A stretch of 64,000 nt of DNA from Eledone cirrhosa. Lineage: Eukaryota. A program made the translations under genes and the position numbers. The stretch is from contig OZ024740.1 in the NCBI GenBank assembly GCA_964016885.1, positions 98,456,001-98,520,000 on the forward strand, given 5' to 3'. The notes beneath the pieces were generated by a model. The model made no database searches, was not told where the DNA came from, and saw nothing but the letters and a program-made list of their open reading frames with translations. This document shows positions 12,668-25,741 of this stretch, one piece after another (position 1 is the stretch's first letter; each line of letters begins with the position of its first letter).

Positions 12668-13520
12668 TGTTTAACGTCTATCTTCCACGCTAGCATGGGT
12701 TAGACGGGAATTGTCCCACATGAGGCAAGATTGATCAAGTGACTGTGTCTCACTCATATAGGACTGTATATGACATGTTTTCTACGGCTAGATGCCCTTC
12801 CTAACACCAACCACATTTTCAGTGTGGACTGGGACCCATTTTACCATGTCTCCTACACGACCACTTTACAGTGTTAACTGGGTGCTTTTTTTCGTAAAAC
12901 CTTTTTAGTTTGGACTGGATGCTCTGTGGCACCAACATAACTTTACAGAGAAAAGGTGGTGTTGGTTGGAGTGGGAAGATGGAGTAGGGGTAGTGGGTTG
13001 GGGTGTATATTTGGTTAGGAGGTGCCTACTGACTGTAGGTTTCACTTTGTACGTAGGGAAGGTGGGTCTTCTGTATATATGCGTAGTGCCAACGGTCTCG
13101 ATAAGCATGCAAGGTTAGAATTTATTATGTTGTCCCAGGTTTTTCTGGGTCTACCTACACCGTAACTTCCATCAATTTTGATCGCCCTTCATTTTTTTAT
13201 ACAGCTGTCATCTTTCATGTACATAACATGACCATATCAATCAAGTAAACAGCATCTGATTCCTCTTATTCTTATTTTCTCACTTAGTTCGTTTATGTTT
13301 TGTCAATGCATGCTTCATTCCTTTCCAATATGCACAGGTCCTCTGCACACTATGCCCATGTCTCACTGCCATGTAACATTGCTGTTCCTATATAAGCATC
13401 ATACAATCTGCCTTTCATTTTTAAGGAGAAACCTTTTGTGGCCAACAGTGGTTTTAGATCTCTGAACATTTTCCAGCCCGTTCTAACTCTGGATACTGTA
13501 CTTTCAGAGCACCCTCCACA
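12637..13520 (-). mobile_element. RTE LINE 3' fragment with 3' UTR and (GAT)n tail
   Basis: GGCSESTVSRVRTGWKMFR..MLHGSETWA (13350-13520); 3' UTR homologous to 50905-51270; (CAT)n at 12637-12668. Confidence 0.85.
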
Positions 13521-13555
13521 CACACATATATATATATAGAGAGAGAAATAGATAT

Positions 13556-13586
<31 letters not shown>

Positions 13587-13619
13587 GATATGATATATAG
13601 ATATATAGGTTGGGGTACT

Positions 13620-14160
13620 ATTGACATGATCCCCTCCATTGACCTGATTGCAGAAAAGGTTCATGAAAAGATCCAGGAACTGTTTATGGTCTTTGTCGAC
13701 GTGACCAAATCCTTTGAAAATCCTAAAAATTTTGGCATACCTGAAAATATGCTGATTATATCATGTTTTTTTCGTTAGGGCATGAAAACATGAATTATAT
13801 TAAATGGTAAATGCTCTGAACCATTTGATGATACAAATGGTACAAAGCAGAATTGTGTCATGGCTCCTGTTCTCTTTGCATTGTTCTTCACTGTAATACT
13901 TCAGTATGCATTTGGTGATTTAGACACTGGTGTCAGATTTGTATTCCATACATCAGGTGAGATATTTAACCACCAGGGCATTATGTCTAAAACACTTATG
14001 CGAACAAGTATTGTTCATGATTTACTGCTTGCCAAAGCTGCTGCACTTATTGCAACATCTCTCAAGAGAGGCATAAGTATTGATGAACCACTTCTCACTT
14101 GTCTTTAATGCCTATGGTTTAATAATCAGTATTAAGAAAACTGATGTGGTACATCAAATT
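13620..14160 (+). mobile_element. Decayed RTE/BovB-type RT fragment
   Basis: FMVFVDVTKSF, GTKQNCVMAPVLFALFF, IVHDLLLA; homologous to the RT at 25748-27359. Confidence 0.75.
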
Positions 14161-14816
14161 TATACCATGCTGGTATGGCAGCGAACATTCTTCATTTACT
14201 AATGGAGAAATATTAATTTATACATTCAAAGAAGCCATCTCATGAAACCGAATTCATTTAATATTGTTCATCTTATGTAATAGCATTGACAATTTTGTCT
14301 TATTAGTGGAAACAGCAGTAATAAAGAGATTAGCAGTAGAGCAAGCTTATTGTGGGTCTCTCTGCTAGGAATCTGCTAACTTTGTATGAGTTAATATACA
14401 TACGTCTCTCTCTGTCTTCCCCTCTCTATCTCTCTCTCTATATATATATATATTCATATAAAATCTGAGTGAAGACAGGAAAATGAATGAATGCAGACAG
14501 TCCTATTTCATCTGTTGACTACTAGAGGTATATGGTTTCAAGATATTTATATATATATGGTTGGTTTAAGTGTACACAGTAAGTTCAATGAAAGGGAAGG
14601 ACCCTGAGCTGTTGCTATGTCATTCTTCTAAGAGGGGGAAACTCTGAATGAAACCTGCAGCTTATGTGACTACTGGTCATCTTGCTTTTACCTGTCACCA
14701 GGTAATAATCACTGAAAATTAGAGAGTGGCACTCCAGTTGTACATGCTTTTGTCACTTTAAACCATGTTGTACTGATATGTCCTATGTTAGAGTGTTGTC
14801 AGTACTGGAGGCTGAG

Positions 14817-14992
14817 GAGTGCTGGATTTACTATTGTGTTTAGGTGTGCTTAAGCACAGGGCACTGTTGGCCAGGTGAGCCCATCGCCTTGCCCCAAAAC
14901 ATTTTTACAATGAATTACCTCCTTCAGGGCCCAAGTATGGGGCATCATATCTTAACTAGAACAGGGCATAATTTGTCCTAAATCCAACACTG
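14817..14992. mobile_element. Possible small hAT-type MITE
   Basis: GAGTGCTGGATTTA / TAAATCCAACACTG, 12 of 14 inverted match; no clean TSD. Confidence 0.4.
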
Positions 14993-15127
14993 TGGGTGGA
15001 CTTGGCCTTGCTTCTTGCTGCTAGATTGAAAAGTTACCTCTGTGGACATGGGAGCTGTAGACTTGCAGCAGTTATTGAGATAATTTTGAGACAGCTATCG
15101 TCTGATGATAAGAAGTAATCATTATAC

Positions 15128-15160
<33 letters not shown>

Positions 15161-15170
15161 AAGGTTTACA

Positions 15171-15545
15171 TATACATAAACTAGACAGAGCCATAGATAT
15201 ATAGAGATATATGTTTTTGGCAACCATTCACGGTGTGGCTAAATGACGAATTAATTAATTAAATAATCAACAATCAGAGCAATATATAAGAAGGTTAGTC
15301 CATACAATCATTTGATAAAATATATACAGTATTTTTTCTCCCAATCAGCATAATCAACCACACAAAAAATCAATTAAACAAAGGCTATAAGTTTAAATTG
15401 TACTTATGAAGAAACAATAGATAAATAAATGATAGCTATTTTATCCGCGATCCACAGCCACAGAATATTTACCTAGTATTTCTAATAGCCCGTTGCCAAA
15501 AACACACACACACATATATATATGGCTCTGTCTAGTTTATGTATA
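15171..15545. repeat. Inverted repeat (~55-bp arms 15171-15224 and 15492-15545) next to (TA)n
   Basis: TATACATAAACTAGACAGAGCCATA...TTTTTGGCAAC versus GTTGCCAAAAA...TATGGCTCTGTCTAGTTTATGTATA. Confidence 0.85.
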
Positions 15546-15944
15546 GGTGGCCGTCAACTAAATGTATACCCCACCCCCCTCAGAGCTCCCTGTGTCGCTT
15601 CAACTGTCTACTGGGTTTTGGTTGCACGCAGTTCTTCGTTCTTTTTGTCTATTTTCTTTGATAGCTTTTTCTAACAAACGCGACGGCTGGCAAAGCCTTC
15701 AAGTAACTCTTATGTATGCTGGGCGCTCAAGCATTAGAATGTGTGTTTTCCTGACAGCGACATATCAAATATATCGATTTTCATCTGAGGAAACCGTTCT
15801 CATAATCAACAGCAAATACATGAAGGACATCTCGATTGTATGGAGAAACGTAGAAATAATTATTATGATTAAACGATATATGTAACATCAGCATCATATT
15901 TTATTATATATATATATAGAGAGAGATGAAGCATATAGACAATA

Positions 15945-16212
15945 CTCCCCCACACCCTCCTACTGCAAAGTGGTCGTGGAGGTGCCACGGCAAAAATGCA
16001 CCCAGCCCACACTGTAAAGTGGATGTGTAGGCGCCATGGAAAAAAACACCCAGCACTCACTGTAAATGAGGTTGGTGTTAAGAAGGGCATCCAACTGTAG
16101 AAATCAAGTCAGAATCAGTTCCCGCATGAGCAAGACAGGGTCAGCCGAACGGACACTGCCCACAACATGCTAGCGTGAAAGAACGGACGTAAAACGGTGA
16201 TGATGATAACGA
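15945..16212 (+). mobile_element. RTE-type 3' UTR/tail fragment (or RTE-dependent SINE tail)
   Basis: GTTGGTGTTAAGAAGGGCATCC..CATGCTAGCGTG..GGACGTAAAACG(ATG)n, as in 51100-51270. Confidence 0.75.
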
Positions 16213-16306
16213 TATATGTATATATATATATATTTATATATATATGTGTGTGTGTGTGTTTGTATGTGTATATATATATACATATATATATGTGTGTGTA
16301 TGTGTA

Positions 16307-16359
<53 letters not shown>

Positions 16360-16364
16360 ATATA

Positions 16365-16399
<35 letters not shown>

Positions 16400-16599
16400 G
16401 TATATGTGTATATATATATGTATATATGACCTCTATCACTGAGAAACGCCGGTGACTGACGAAGGGGCATGCTGGTGGAGGGAGGTAATGACCACTAACA
16501 CTAAGTCAAATTTTCTCATGCTAGTTGATTGGAAACCAATGAATTCTCAAATAAATACACAACTAAAAGCTCAGACGACATCAGTGGCCATCGTTTTGC

Positions 16600-18075
16600 T
16601 TTGACCATCTATAAGATGTGCAATGATAGTTCTATCGTAGTATAAAAGTTGAACCAAATAAATTGATTTATGTGTGAGGTGGAGCCGAAGTTTCGAATTC
16701 GAACAAAATCAGTTGAAAAATGTGGGAGCTAATGATAGGTCGCCGCCCCTGAACAAAAAATGCAAAGTGTAAAGCTACTATAAGATGTGCAATGATAGGT
16801 TCTCTCGTAGTATAAACGTTGAACCAAATAAATTGATTTATGTGTGAGGTGGAGCCGAAGTTTCGAATTTGAACGAAATCGGTTGAAAAATGTGGCAGCT
16901 AATGATAGGTTCTATCGTAGTATAAAAGATGAACCAAAGAAATTGATTTATGTGTAAGGTGGTGCCGAAGTTTCGAATTTGAACGAAATCGGTTGATAAA
17001 TGTGGGAGCTAGAGCCGAAAAAGTGGTATTTTCGAATAATTAAGCTGCTGTCACGCCGTTCCTGAACAAAACCATAGCCTGCGAATCGGCGTTTCCCTGA
17101 GGCTCGGCCTCCGGATCTGCCAGCCACACCAATGTCGCTACGGTTCCACCGTGGACTCTTTCGGCCTCCAACCGCTTTCCTGCCGGCCGCATTCCACGCC
17201 ATACTGCCCTTAACGAGGTCATTAAACATGGCTTGGACGCTGCAGGCTTCCCTTCCCAGCTCGAGCCGGTGGGGCTGGATCGAGGGGACAGCAAAAGGTC
17301 AGATGGCATGACCATCTTCCCGTTCCGCGGTGGATGCCACTTGCACCGACACTTTCTGCAGCCGCAACCTGGTGCTGTCTGCGACTGACCCAGGTTCTGC
17401 TGCACGTCGGGCTGAGGGGGCCAAACTCCTGAAATACCGGTCGCTCTCCGACAGGTTTGCGGTCGTTCCCCTGGCAGTGGACACTTCTGGTGTCCACGGC
17501 CCCAGGGCTACCTCCTTACTCACCACCATAGGCGCTGAGCTGGCCAGCCGCAGGTGTGAGCCCCGCGAGTTGGAGTGGCTTTTCCAGCACGTCTCCCTGG
17601 CCGTCCTCCGGGGAATCGCCTTCTCCATTCAGTCCGCCGGGGCTGTGGATGGACCAATACATTAGTTAAATACCATTCTTTCATCGTTACAATTTATATC
17701 CACATTAATGACGTATTATCTTTGTTGTCACAGTATTTCTCTATGATTGTAAGGAATAAAGTGATTGAATTCGCAAAAAAAAACAAAAAACAAACAAACT
17801 CCAAAGTGTAAAGCCATTTTAAGACGTGAACTAATCAGATCTAGCGTAATGTAAAATTTGAACAAAGTACGTTGATTAATGTGGAAGCTAGAGCCGAAAA
17901 AGTGGAAATTTGAGTCTAAAGTGATATTTTTGAATATTTAAGCGGCTGCCACACTGTCCATGAACAACAAATGCAAAATATAAAGACATTACAGCATGTG
18001 TAATAATAAATTCTATTTTGCTTTAAAATTTGAATGAAATCGGTGGCAAAATGTGGGAGCTAGAGCCAAAAATCT
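16600..18075. repeat. Array of related ~120-180-bp units (..GAACGAAATCGGTTGAAAAATGTGGGAGCTA..), probably the interior of a non-autonomous DNA element
   Basis: Three close copies 16611-17012 and two diverged copies 17800-18075, interrupted by a CRE fragment. Confidence 0.8.
17072..17798 (+). mobile_element. 5'-truncated CRE-clade non-LTR element (CCHC knuckle + restriction-like endonuclease) with poly(A)
   Basis: LRIGVSLRLGLRICQPHQCRYGSTVDSFGLQPLSC..RHTALNEVIK..LEPVGLDRGDSKRSDGMTIFPF..DATCTDT..AEGAKLLKY..VPLAVDTSG; AATAAA ~17755; A-rich tail 17775-17798. Confidence 0.85.
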
Positions 18076-18423
18076 TATTTTTCGATACCTAAAAAAAAGG
18101 TGACCCCCTCCCCTCCTATCGATTTTTATCTAAAGAATGACCCCGGAATAAAAAAACGATACGCTGATATATAGAAAACACTCCCCGATGACTAATCTAT
18201 GAGCCTAAGAGAAACTTCACAATAAGGGGAAGCACCCCAAAACTTGAACCTATTTATAGAATTCTTTCTGCCTTTGTCACCCCAGATTCAGCTCTAAAGA
18301 ATTAGCTTTTAATGAATTCCCTTTTCTTTTAACCCATCAACCAATGACCTCCACCCATCCCAATTCCCACTCTCTCCTACCACCAGAAAAGATATAAATA
18401 CCACCACATTTACTTGGACAGTC

Positions 18424-18474
18424 AGCTTCCTGATGATTTCTCACGAATGAAACAGTTCTAGTCCTGTAGAAGCT
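18424..18474 (+). ncRNA. Type I hammerhead ribozyme, intact core
   Basis: AGCTTC-CTGATGA-T-TTC-TCAC-GAA-T-GAAA-CAG-TTCTAGTC-CTG-TA-GAAGCT: 6-bp stem I, 3-bp stem II, 4-bp stem III, GUA cleavage triplet. Confidence 0.85.
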
Positions 18475-20036
18475 TTTCTATATTAAAATATATACATATA
18501 AGTTTGTATGTATAATTGTCATATTTTATTAAATTATTTGATTAAGAATTCCTTTATCCATTATCTAATTGTCATCATTACGTTTGTGGCAGAGCCATAA
18601 ATTTAAATTAGTGATTTCTATATTTGTTGCTACCGTTTACCAAAGTTGATTGCAATATTTGCTTAGGTGTTTTTACATCATTTAACCTCAATGCCATCCA
18701 AATTATTAATGTTCATATTTAAATTGAAACCTTAATCAAAATTACATTATAACATATCTAATATGAGATTTCAATTCTGCAGTAGCTTACCTTCATAATA
18801 TTGATTCTATGAAAGTTTTGATTATATTGGAAATTAATTTAAACAAGATAGAAATCTAGGCATGAAAGGGTTAATAGGGCATTATTAGAGAAGATATTTC
18901 TAAGATGTTACTAATTTATTGTGCCCCCCCCCCTCCACTATGTGAAACACATCCTCTTATTATCTACAATGTTATTTGCACACTAATTCTAGGTAATAAC
19001 ATAATGTATAAAGTATTGGGAACTAAGGATGAGAGGTAATGTCAAAGTGGTTGTAATCATCAAAAGACTGTTGAGTATCATTTTAACTTTCAATAAATTC
19101 CTAAGTCCCAGTTCTCGTTTCTGTGCTTGGGTATTTCATTTATTTTAGGCATGGCATTTACCCTTTTATTTTTATATAGAAAAACTAAAATGGAGCAGCT
19201 TAATAGTTTTCATACATTTAACTTTCTTAATGTTTAGTTACATTTAAAAAATGTGAAAGGTTACAAATTTAAGGAGTTTTATGTAGTTTCAAATGAACTT
19301 TCTTAATTTGAGTCTATTACAAAACATTTGTTTTTTTATGAGTGAATGTTATGTTTAATTATTGTTTCTGACTATATACTGTGTAACCTATTTTCGTCAT
19401 TCTATTTACAAGTTATATGTTTTAAAAAGAAATGTTCTATTTCATTATATTCATTTTGCTTTAGTTAATATGCAAACCAGTCATTTTCTCATGAGGCAAG
19501 AAAAAAACAAACAGCAAACAAAAGCCATTGAAAATGCCTTAGGTAATTAAACCAATTGTGATAAAGCCTAGTTGGAGAGTTTATTTTATTATGACTCTTA
19601 CAGTATCATATATGAATAATTCATTCAGTTAGATAACATTAAATTAATAAACATCGATGAAGAAAAGATAAACTAACAAACAAAACAGCAAATCGGCAAA
19701 AAATAATTTTTGATGTTGCAAAGATACAGATTTCCAATGAATTCTTCTGGCGTGATTTTGACCTGGAAAATCTAAAGTTCCCAATGAAAATCTATAACAA
19801 TTACGAACAAGTCCTTTCTCTCTCTCTCTCTCTCTCTCTCACTCCATATATATATATATATATAGCACTCTCTCCCCTTCAACATGAAAACACCACCTGC
19901 CATAAAACATCACACAAAAGAAACAGGTAATAATTAAATCAATTTTGCTTTCTTCACAGTTACGGCTTTAATTTCATTTGTGTGTGTATATGCATATATA
20001 TATATATAGTCACACAAACAGACACACACACACACC

Positions 20037-20067
<31 letters not shown>

Positions 20068-20954
20068 TATTCCCCTTCCAAACACATAATGCATGTGGAA
20101 TAGCTTTATTCTTTATGTTTCTTTTTAATATGTTATTAATTTATTTATAAATGCCACATAACTTTCATTCTTCCATTTAAATGACTTGCCACTAAGTATC
20201 ACTGAGCTTCTACTAATATTCTCAATTATAGTTAATTCAATTCTGTATCTGTTACTCTACTAACCATAGAATTAAAAATATTTTTTTGTTTTCTCCTATC
20301 AAAATTATAAAAAAAATCATGGCAACAACAGTATTTTTCCATTTTTTTTTAAAGATTGATGCTATATATTTCCTTCAACCCTAGCGGTGCCATTTGTAGC
20401 TAAGACAGTCAAAACAATGATTTGATTTCTCATTATCAGTATCCATCAATGGATTTTCAACTTTGCTGATTCTTATAGATGATAATGATGATGGACTCTC
20501 CATTTGTTATGACAATGACCATTCATTTGTTTGGTCAACTCCTTGTCCAACTTGTGTATTACTGTGTTAGTGGTTGTGTATTCCACATGCATGTGCAACC
20601 TTAATGTAATTCCCAAGCTGAGTTAGCTTGTCTCAAGAAGTGATAATACAGGATCTTTGAATAATGGGTACAATCCTTTGGACAAGCTTTTACATAATTT
20701 CTATCTAGTCTATTTTATTTGGGTGTACCAAAGACAAAAAAAAAATACTGCTACTTAGAGATTAGACCCATGGGACCAAACCTATCAACTGGTCATGATC
20801 GTGCATTTGGAAAGAGAATTGATTACTGATTCTAACACATTGAGTAACAATGTATAGTCTCTTTTAGCTTTCTTATATTTTAGTATAATAGTACTTTAAT
20901 AGATCCTTTTGTTGTTTGGCTCTTACTCAACCTCGATAGAAGAGACCTATAATG

Positions 20955-21170
20955 TTTTATAATTAAAATACAAACTAACAATTGTGTGGGGAAGAGGAAA
21001 GTCAATTATACCAATACAGTACATTACTGGTATATTATTTTATTGACTCCACAGGGATAAACGGCAAAGTTGACCTCAGTAGGATTTGAAACCAGAATAT
21101 AGATGACATAAAAAGATACTGCAATGCATTTCATCCAACACACTAACAATTCTGTCAATTCACTGCCATA
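20955..21170 (-). mobile_element. tRNA-derived SINE with 15-bp TSD
   Basis: TSD AAGAGACCTATAATG at 20940-20954 and 21171-21185; B-box-like GGTTCAAATCC on the minus strand. Confidence 0.85.
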
Positions 21171-21486
21171 AAGAGACCTATAATGAAAGATATTTCAGCA
21201 ATTGAAAGCTAAGTTTTATTCAGATGGTGTATTCTAGATTAACTTAAAGTGTAATATGCAGGGGATCTGGTTGCAAGTCAACCCCTCTCAGAAGCGTTAT
21301 TCCTTGTACCATTATTAAACTGTTAATATCCTACAATGATTTAGTAGAAAATATAAACAAACAAGTAAATAAATTCAAATGATTATAGTATATTTACTAG
21401 CTGAGTGATCATTGTGAACATTTGCATTAGTACAATGCTGAGATAGAATTATTTTGTTCTTTTACAAGATGATAAAAGTTAATAAT

Positions 21487-21662
21487 TGTTTCTACTTTAG
21501 GCACAGCAATTACCCAGTGCATTACTGGTACTTTATTTTATCGACCCCCGTAAGGATGAAAGGCAAAGTCAACCTCGGCGGGATTTGAACTCAGATTGTA
21601 AAGGGACATAACTATGCTGGAAAGCATGGCCTCCGACTCTCTACTGATGCTGCCAATCCACC
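21487..21662 (-). mobile_element. tRNA-derived SINE with 16-bp TSD
   Basis: TSD GATAAAAGTTAATAAT at 21471-21486 and 21663-21678; B-box GAGTTCAAATCC on the minus strand. Confidence 0.9.
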
Positions 21663-22618
21663 GATAAAAGTTAATAATGTTTGAATATATTTCAGCTCAA
21701 TGTAGAAATTAGAATAGTTCTGATAGTTTATATTTCAATAGTGCCATTGTGACAGGACCATTAGGAACACCAGTGTAAATTCACTACAGTATTTATCTAC
21801 TTCTGTCTAAATCCTCAGTTCAAATCTTTGCTTCACAATAGCATTTGACAGCCTTTCGTATAACAATGATTATATTTCAGTAAAATACAATGTTACAATA
21901 ACTATTCTAATTATTGATGTTGTTTAGCCAGTATTGCTAGATGTTCTAGCTAAGGTCATTCATCTTTTTCTTGTCTTTTTGTTGTTTACTAGCAGTTGTT
22001 CTCATGTTTGCCTGGATGTATTAATACCTAAAATAAATGTAATCGCAGGAATTCACAATATTTTAACAGATGCTGATTATCATCTTCATTGATCTGAGAA
22101 TGTTGATTCACTTAAAATTGTTGCCTCTAGGCCATCCAGAATATGGTTCATATTCAGCTTCATAAAAATATACCAACAAATAAACAAACCAAAGCAGGAC
22201 CCAAAATAAAATTTCATCTTACATCTTATATTTTCTCAGAAAACAATCTACTACATTTTTCAAAGAACCATATTAATTTACTTAATTTATTCTAAATTAT
22301 TTTTTAAGTAATAACTATTCTTTGTAGGGCTTGGCAGAATATAAGATTCTGGAACTGTTAAGAATAAATTCATAGTGTCAAAAGCAAATACTGCTGGTAT
22401 GTCAGTAACTATAGATATATGACGTTTACTATCTAGTAGCTCATTGACTGCTATTTTGGACAAGATGCGAGACCTTTTTAGTACAAAAGCTGGTAAGGCA
22501 TTTGATAAAAAATAAAACAATTCAAAGTTATAAAAATCCCTAAATATCATCTTATATTATGTGTTAGGGTTTAAAATTATATTTTAATATTCTTCTTCTG
22601 AGATCTCTAACAGGCCCT

Positions 22619-22868
22619 TTTAACACTTTGAATAACAAATTGCTTGAAATTAGCCCTGGTTTTCCAATACAAAATTGCTTGATTTAAAGTGTTTATATTA
22701 ATCTAAAATCTCCCATTATAATTTTATAAAAGAACATTTGAGTTATGTTCCAAACCTCAGTTTAATAGTGAAAAAAATTAGTTATATTACTAAATTTCCC
22801 TAAATTCAAAATTATTTGAAAATTATAGGCATTGTCTCTCATGAGAAATATGGTAACAAGTGGGTAAA
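22619..22868. mobile_element. Decayed piggyBac-type MITE (related end at ~35040-35105)
   Basis: TTAACACTTTG..GGTAACAAGTGGGTAA ends resemble TTAA-CCCTTT termini; similar 3' part AAATATGGTAGCAAAAG near 35085. Confidence 0.35.
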
Positions 22869-25395
22869 ATTGTATACATGGGTGAGAGACTTCCTGCTCT
22901 TGATGTAGTCTCCTTCAGTGTAATGAAATGTACTTAAATAGTACTAAAATAAAGTGTACTTTCTATTTGTACTTGGAAATATTCTAGTACTGTTGTTTCA
23001 ATAGGGTAGTAGTGGTAGTAATGGAGGTAGTAGAATTGATACAGTACTACAATAACCTGCTGTTCCCCTTACTCTCCAGTATTTTGTTTCATCCCTCTAC
23101 GTTCACAGTTCAAATTTTTCCATGGTTGACTTTACTTACCATCCATCTGAAGTCGATAAAATAAGAATCAAGTATGTACTGTGATCAATTTGCAGTTTGA
23201 CATTACTGTGACAAAGAAAAAAGCAAAATCAATATTCTGTGCTTTCCACTCATGTTAATGTCTGCTTCAAGGCTGACATCAAATATTCAAATATTTCCAA
23301 CATTTCCATATGAACAGTTTGAATTTCTTTTGTTTTGTTTTATTGTTCTTCTTTTTTGTTCTGAATTTAGTACTTCTGATGCCACAGGTAGACAGGGTTG
23401 ATGCTGTTGTTGTTGTTATCTTAGCTCCAGGTAGAATGGAATAAACCTCCATGGGTTTTGATGATGAGTATTCTAGTTGTTCAATCAATGAAACTGCCTG
23501 CTCATGTAATTACCATGGAAGTGGCCAAGCATTCCATAGACATGTATATGCTTAATGTTACTCTCAGGAAGATTCAGTGCAACATGGTGTATGACAATGC
23601 TGGTTTTTTTAATTACAAGTACAATCCATTCAGCAGGTTTCCAAACAGTTTCTGTCTACCCAATTTCACTTACAAGGCTGGGGTCAAATCGAACCCAAAC
23701 GCCATATAGTGAGATTGAACCCAAAACTTTATGAAGTAAAGTAAACCTCTTTACCATTCAGCCATGCTGCATCAAAATAGTTTCAGGTAAATTCTCATTG
23801 AACTGAAAAGTCTATAAAGAAAAGAATTCCATATAAAGCAATCCTATTTTTTGTATATGTATAAGGACTATATTGTCAAATTTATTATTCTTATTGTTCC
23901 AGATGATAGTGTATGATATGCATACTTCTTATAAGGTAGAGTGAACCTGTCACCTGATCTCACACCAACCCCTTGTTTAACATTACCACCTGGCACTTCT
24001 GCATTTTCAGCAGGATCCAGTCTGTTATAAACATTTAACTCAGGTCTCTTGGTTGATGATACCTTCATCCTTCTCTCCTATCAACCTCTATGGCTATCAC
24101 AGAAAATACTGATACTTTGGCCATTCACTTGGACACTCACAACTCATCCTTACTACAATTATGCTAAGGCCCCTCCTAGTATGGCATAAACAGCAAGGCA
24201 GATAGTTGAAAATGTGGATCGAATTGGTCTAGTCAAATTATGAACTAATATCTGGTCCTTGGATATATGGTGTTTGGAGTTGGAATAATGAGTAGCTAAC
24301 AATGTCTGTGTTGAACATCTGTGATTGTTGTGCATAGGTGGCCACTTTACCTGATGCTGTGGATGCATTGGTTGGAGCCAGTTCATTCCACCCTGAGGGA
24401 CTGCTGATACAAATAAATGTAAGTACAAGGGCACTGCTTTTCTCTCTCTAACTTAATTGCGAATTAAAGAAAATCATGTCAGTTTGAGCAGAGCTGTGAT
24501 CAAATGCATTTTAGTCATGAACACATCACCCTTTTTTAGATTTTAGGCTATATTGTCTAATGCTGCCTTCTTGTTTAAGATAGTAGACTATAATTTGAGG
24601 GAGAGTTGACTGCTATTTGTTAATGTTCTTTATGATATCTTGTAAGTGTGCATGTATGTCAAGATGATGGTTCAATATCTCTTCTAGAGTAAAACATAGA
24701 CATCAATATATTGTAAGTGAATAACAGTTCAGCCCTTTGTTTGGTGGTGGGCTGCAGATGTCTGATTGTGAAAACGTTTGTGTCAAGCTGGAAGTAAATA
24801 GTGAGTTCTGCCTTCATTTTCGCTCACTGTGTAGCCTAGTAGTTAGTGTGTTGGAGTTGTGATCATAATGCTGTCGGTTTGACTCATTGTCTGGGGTACA
24901 CATTATGTTTTTGAGCAGAATGTTTCATTTCACATTGTACTTACATTGCTGACAACAGCTAAATATCGTAAGTAGCTAGAACAGAGGCTTCATATTTATT
25001 TAGCAAAGCATGAAGCACAAATAAAACGGCTTGCCTATGCTCTTTGGCATGATGATCAGGGTTACAAAGTTTACTGGAATACAAGGCAGTATACAAGAGT
25101 GTATCACGATGTCATGATGTAGAATAAAGGTTCTCAACGGTGGGTGGGTGGGGGGCGTTTAGTAGCTCCAGGGGCTAGAAGCCCCTTTAGTTTGGTAAGT
25201 TTTATAAGTCATATTTGTACGTCTCTTAGACAGTCAGTGATTTGAATGAAGAAAACAAAGAAAATAAATTAAAGAAGCTTTTCTACGAATTCCGTAGGGA
25301 GATAAAAGAATATCAAAAGAAATCAAAGAGAATGAAAGTAAGGACTACTTCAACAGAAATGACAAGAAGAAGCAATGGTGGTGAACATACACACA

Positions 25396-25447
25396 CATGA
25401 TGGCTGCCCCCTCGTTATCGAGTATGGCCATTGCACGAGAAAAAAAA

Positions 25448-25480
<33 letters not shown>

Positions 25481-25575
25481 AAAAAAAACAAGAAATATAT
25501 ATATATATACATACATATATACATACACATACATACACATACACACACATACACACACACACATACATTAATAAC

Positions 25576-25606
<31 letters not shown>

Positions 25607-25694
25607 GCAATAATAATAATAACGACAACAACAATAATAATATACATATTCATATATATATACACACACACACACGCACGCACATAAGCATATC

Positions 25695-25741
<47 letters not shown>

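Noticed and set aside
15780-15860. CTGAGGA ... GAAACGTA resembling a hammerhead
   Set aside because: No stem I adjacent to the core and no stem II.
16611-17012. Regularly spaced repeats that could suggest a CRISPR array
   Set aside because: Units are ~120-170-bp contiguous tandem copies without unique spacers; eukaryotic context; no cas genes.
18600-25100. Possible host exons in the AT-rich TE-poor stretch (also 31600-36700 and 52400-57300)
   Set aside because: No ORF with recognisable protein character or convincing splice-bounded coding segment seen. Small exons cannot be excluded without RNA-seq.
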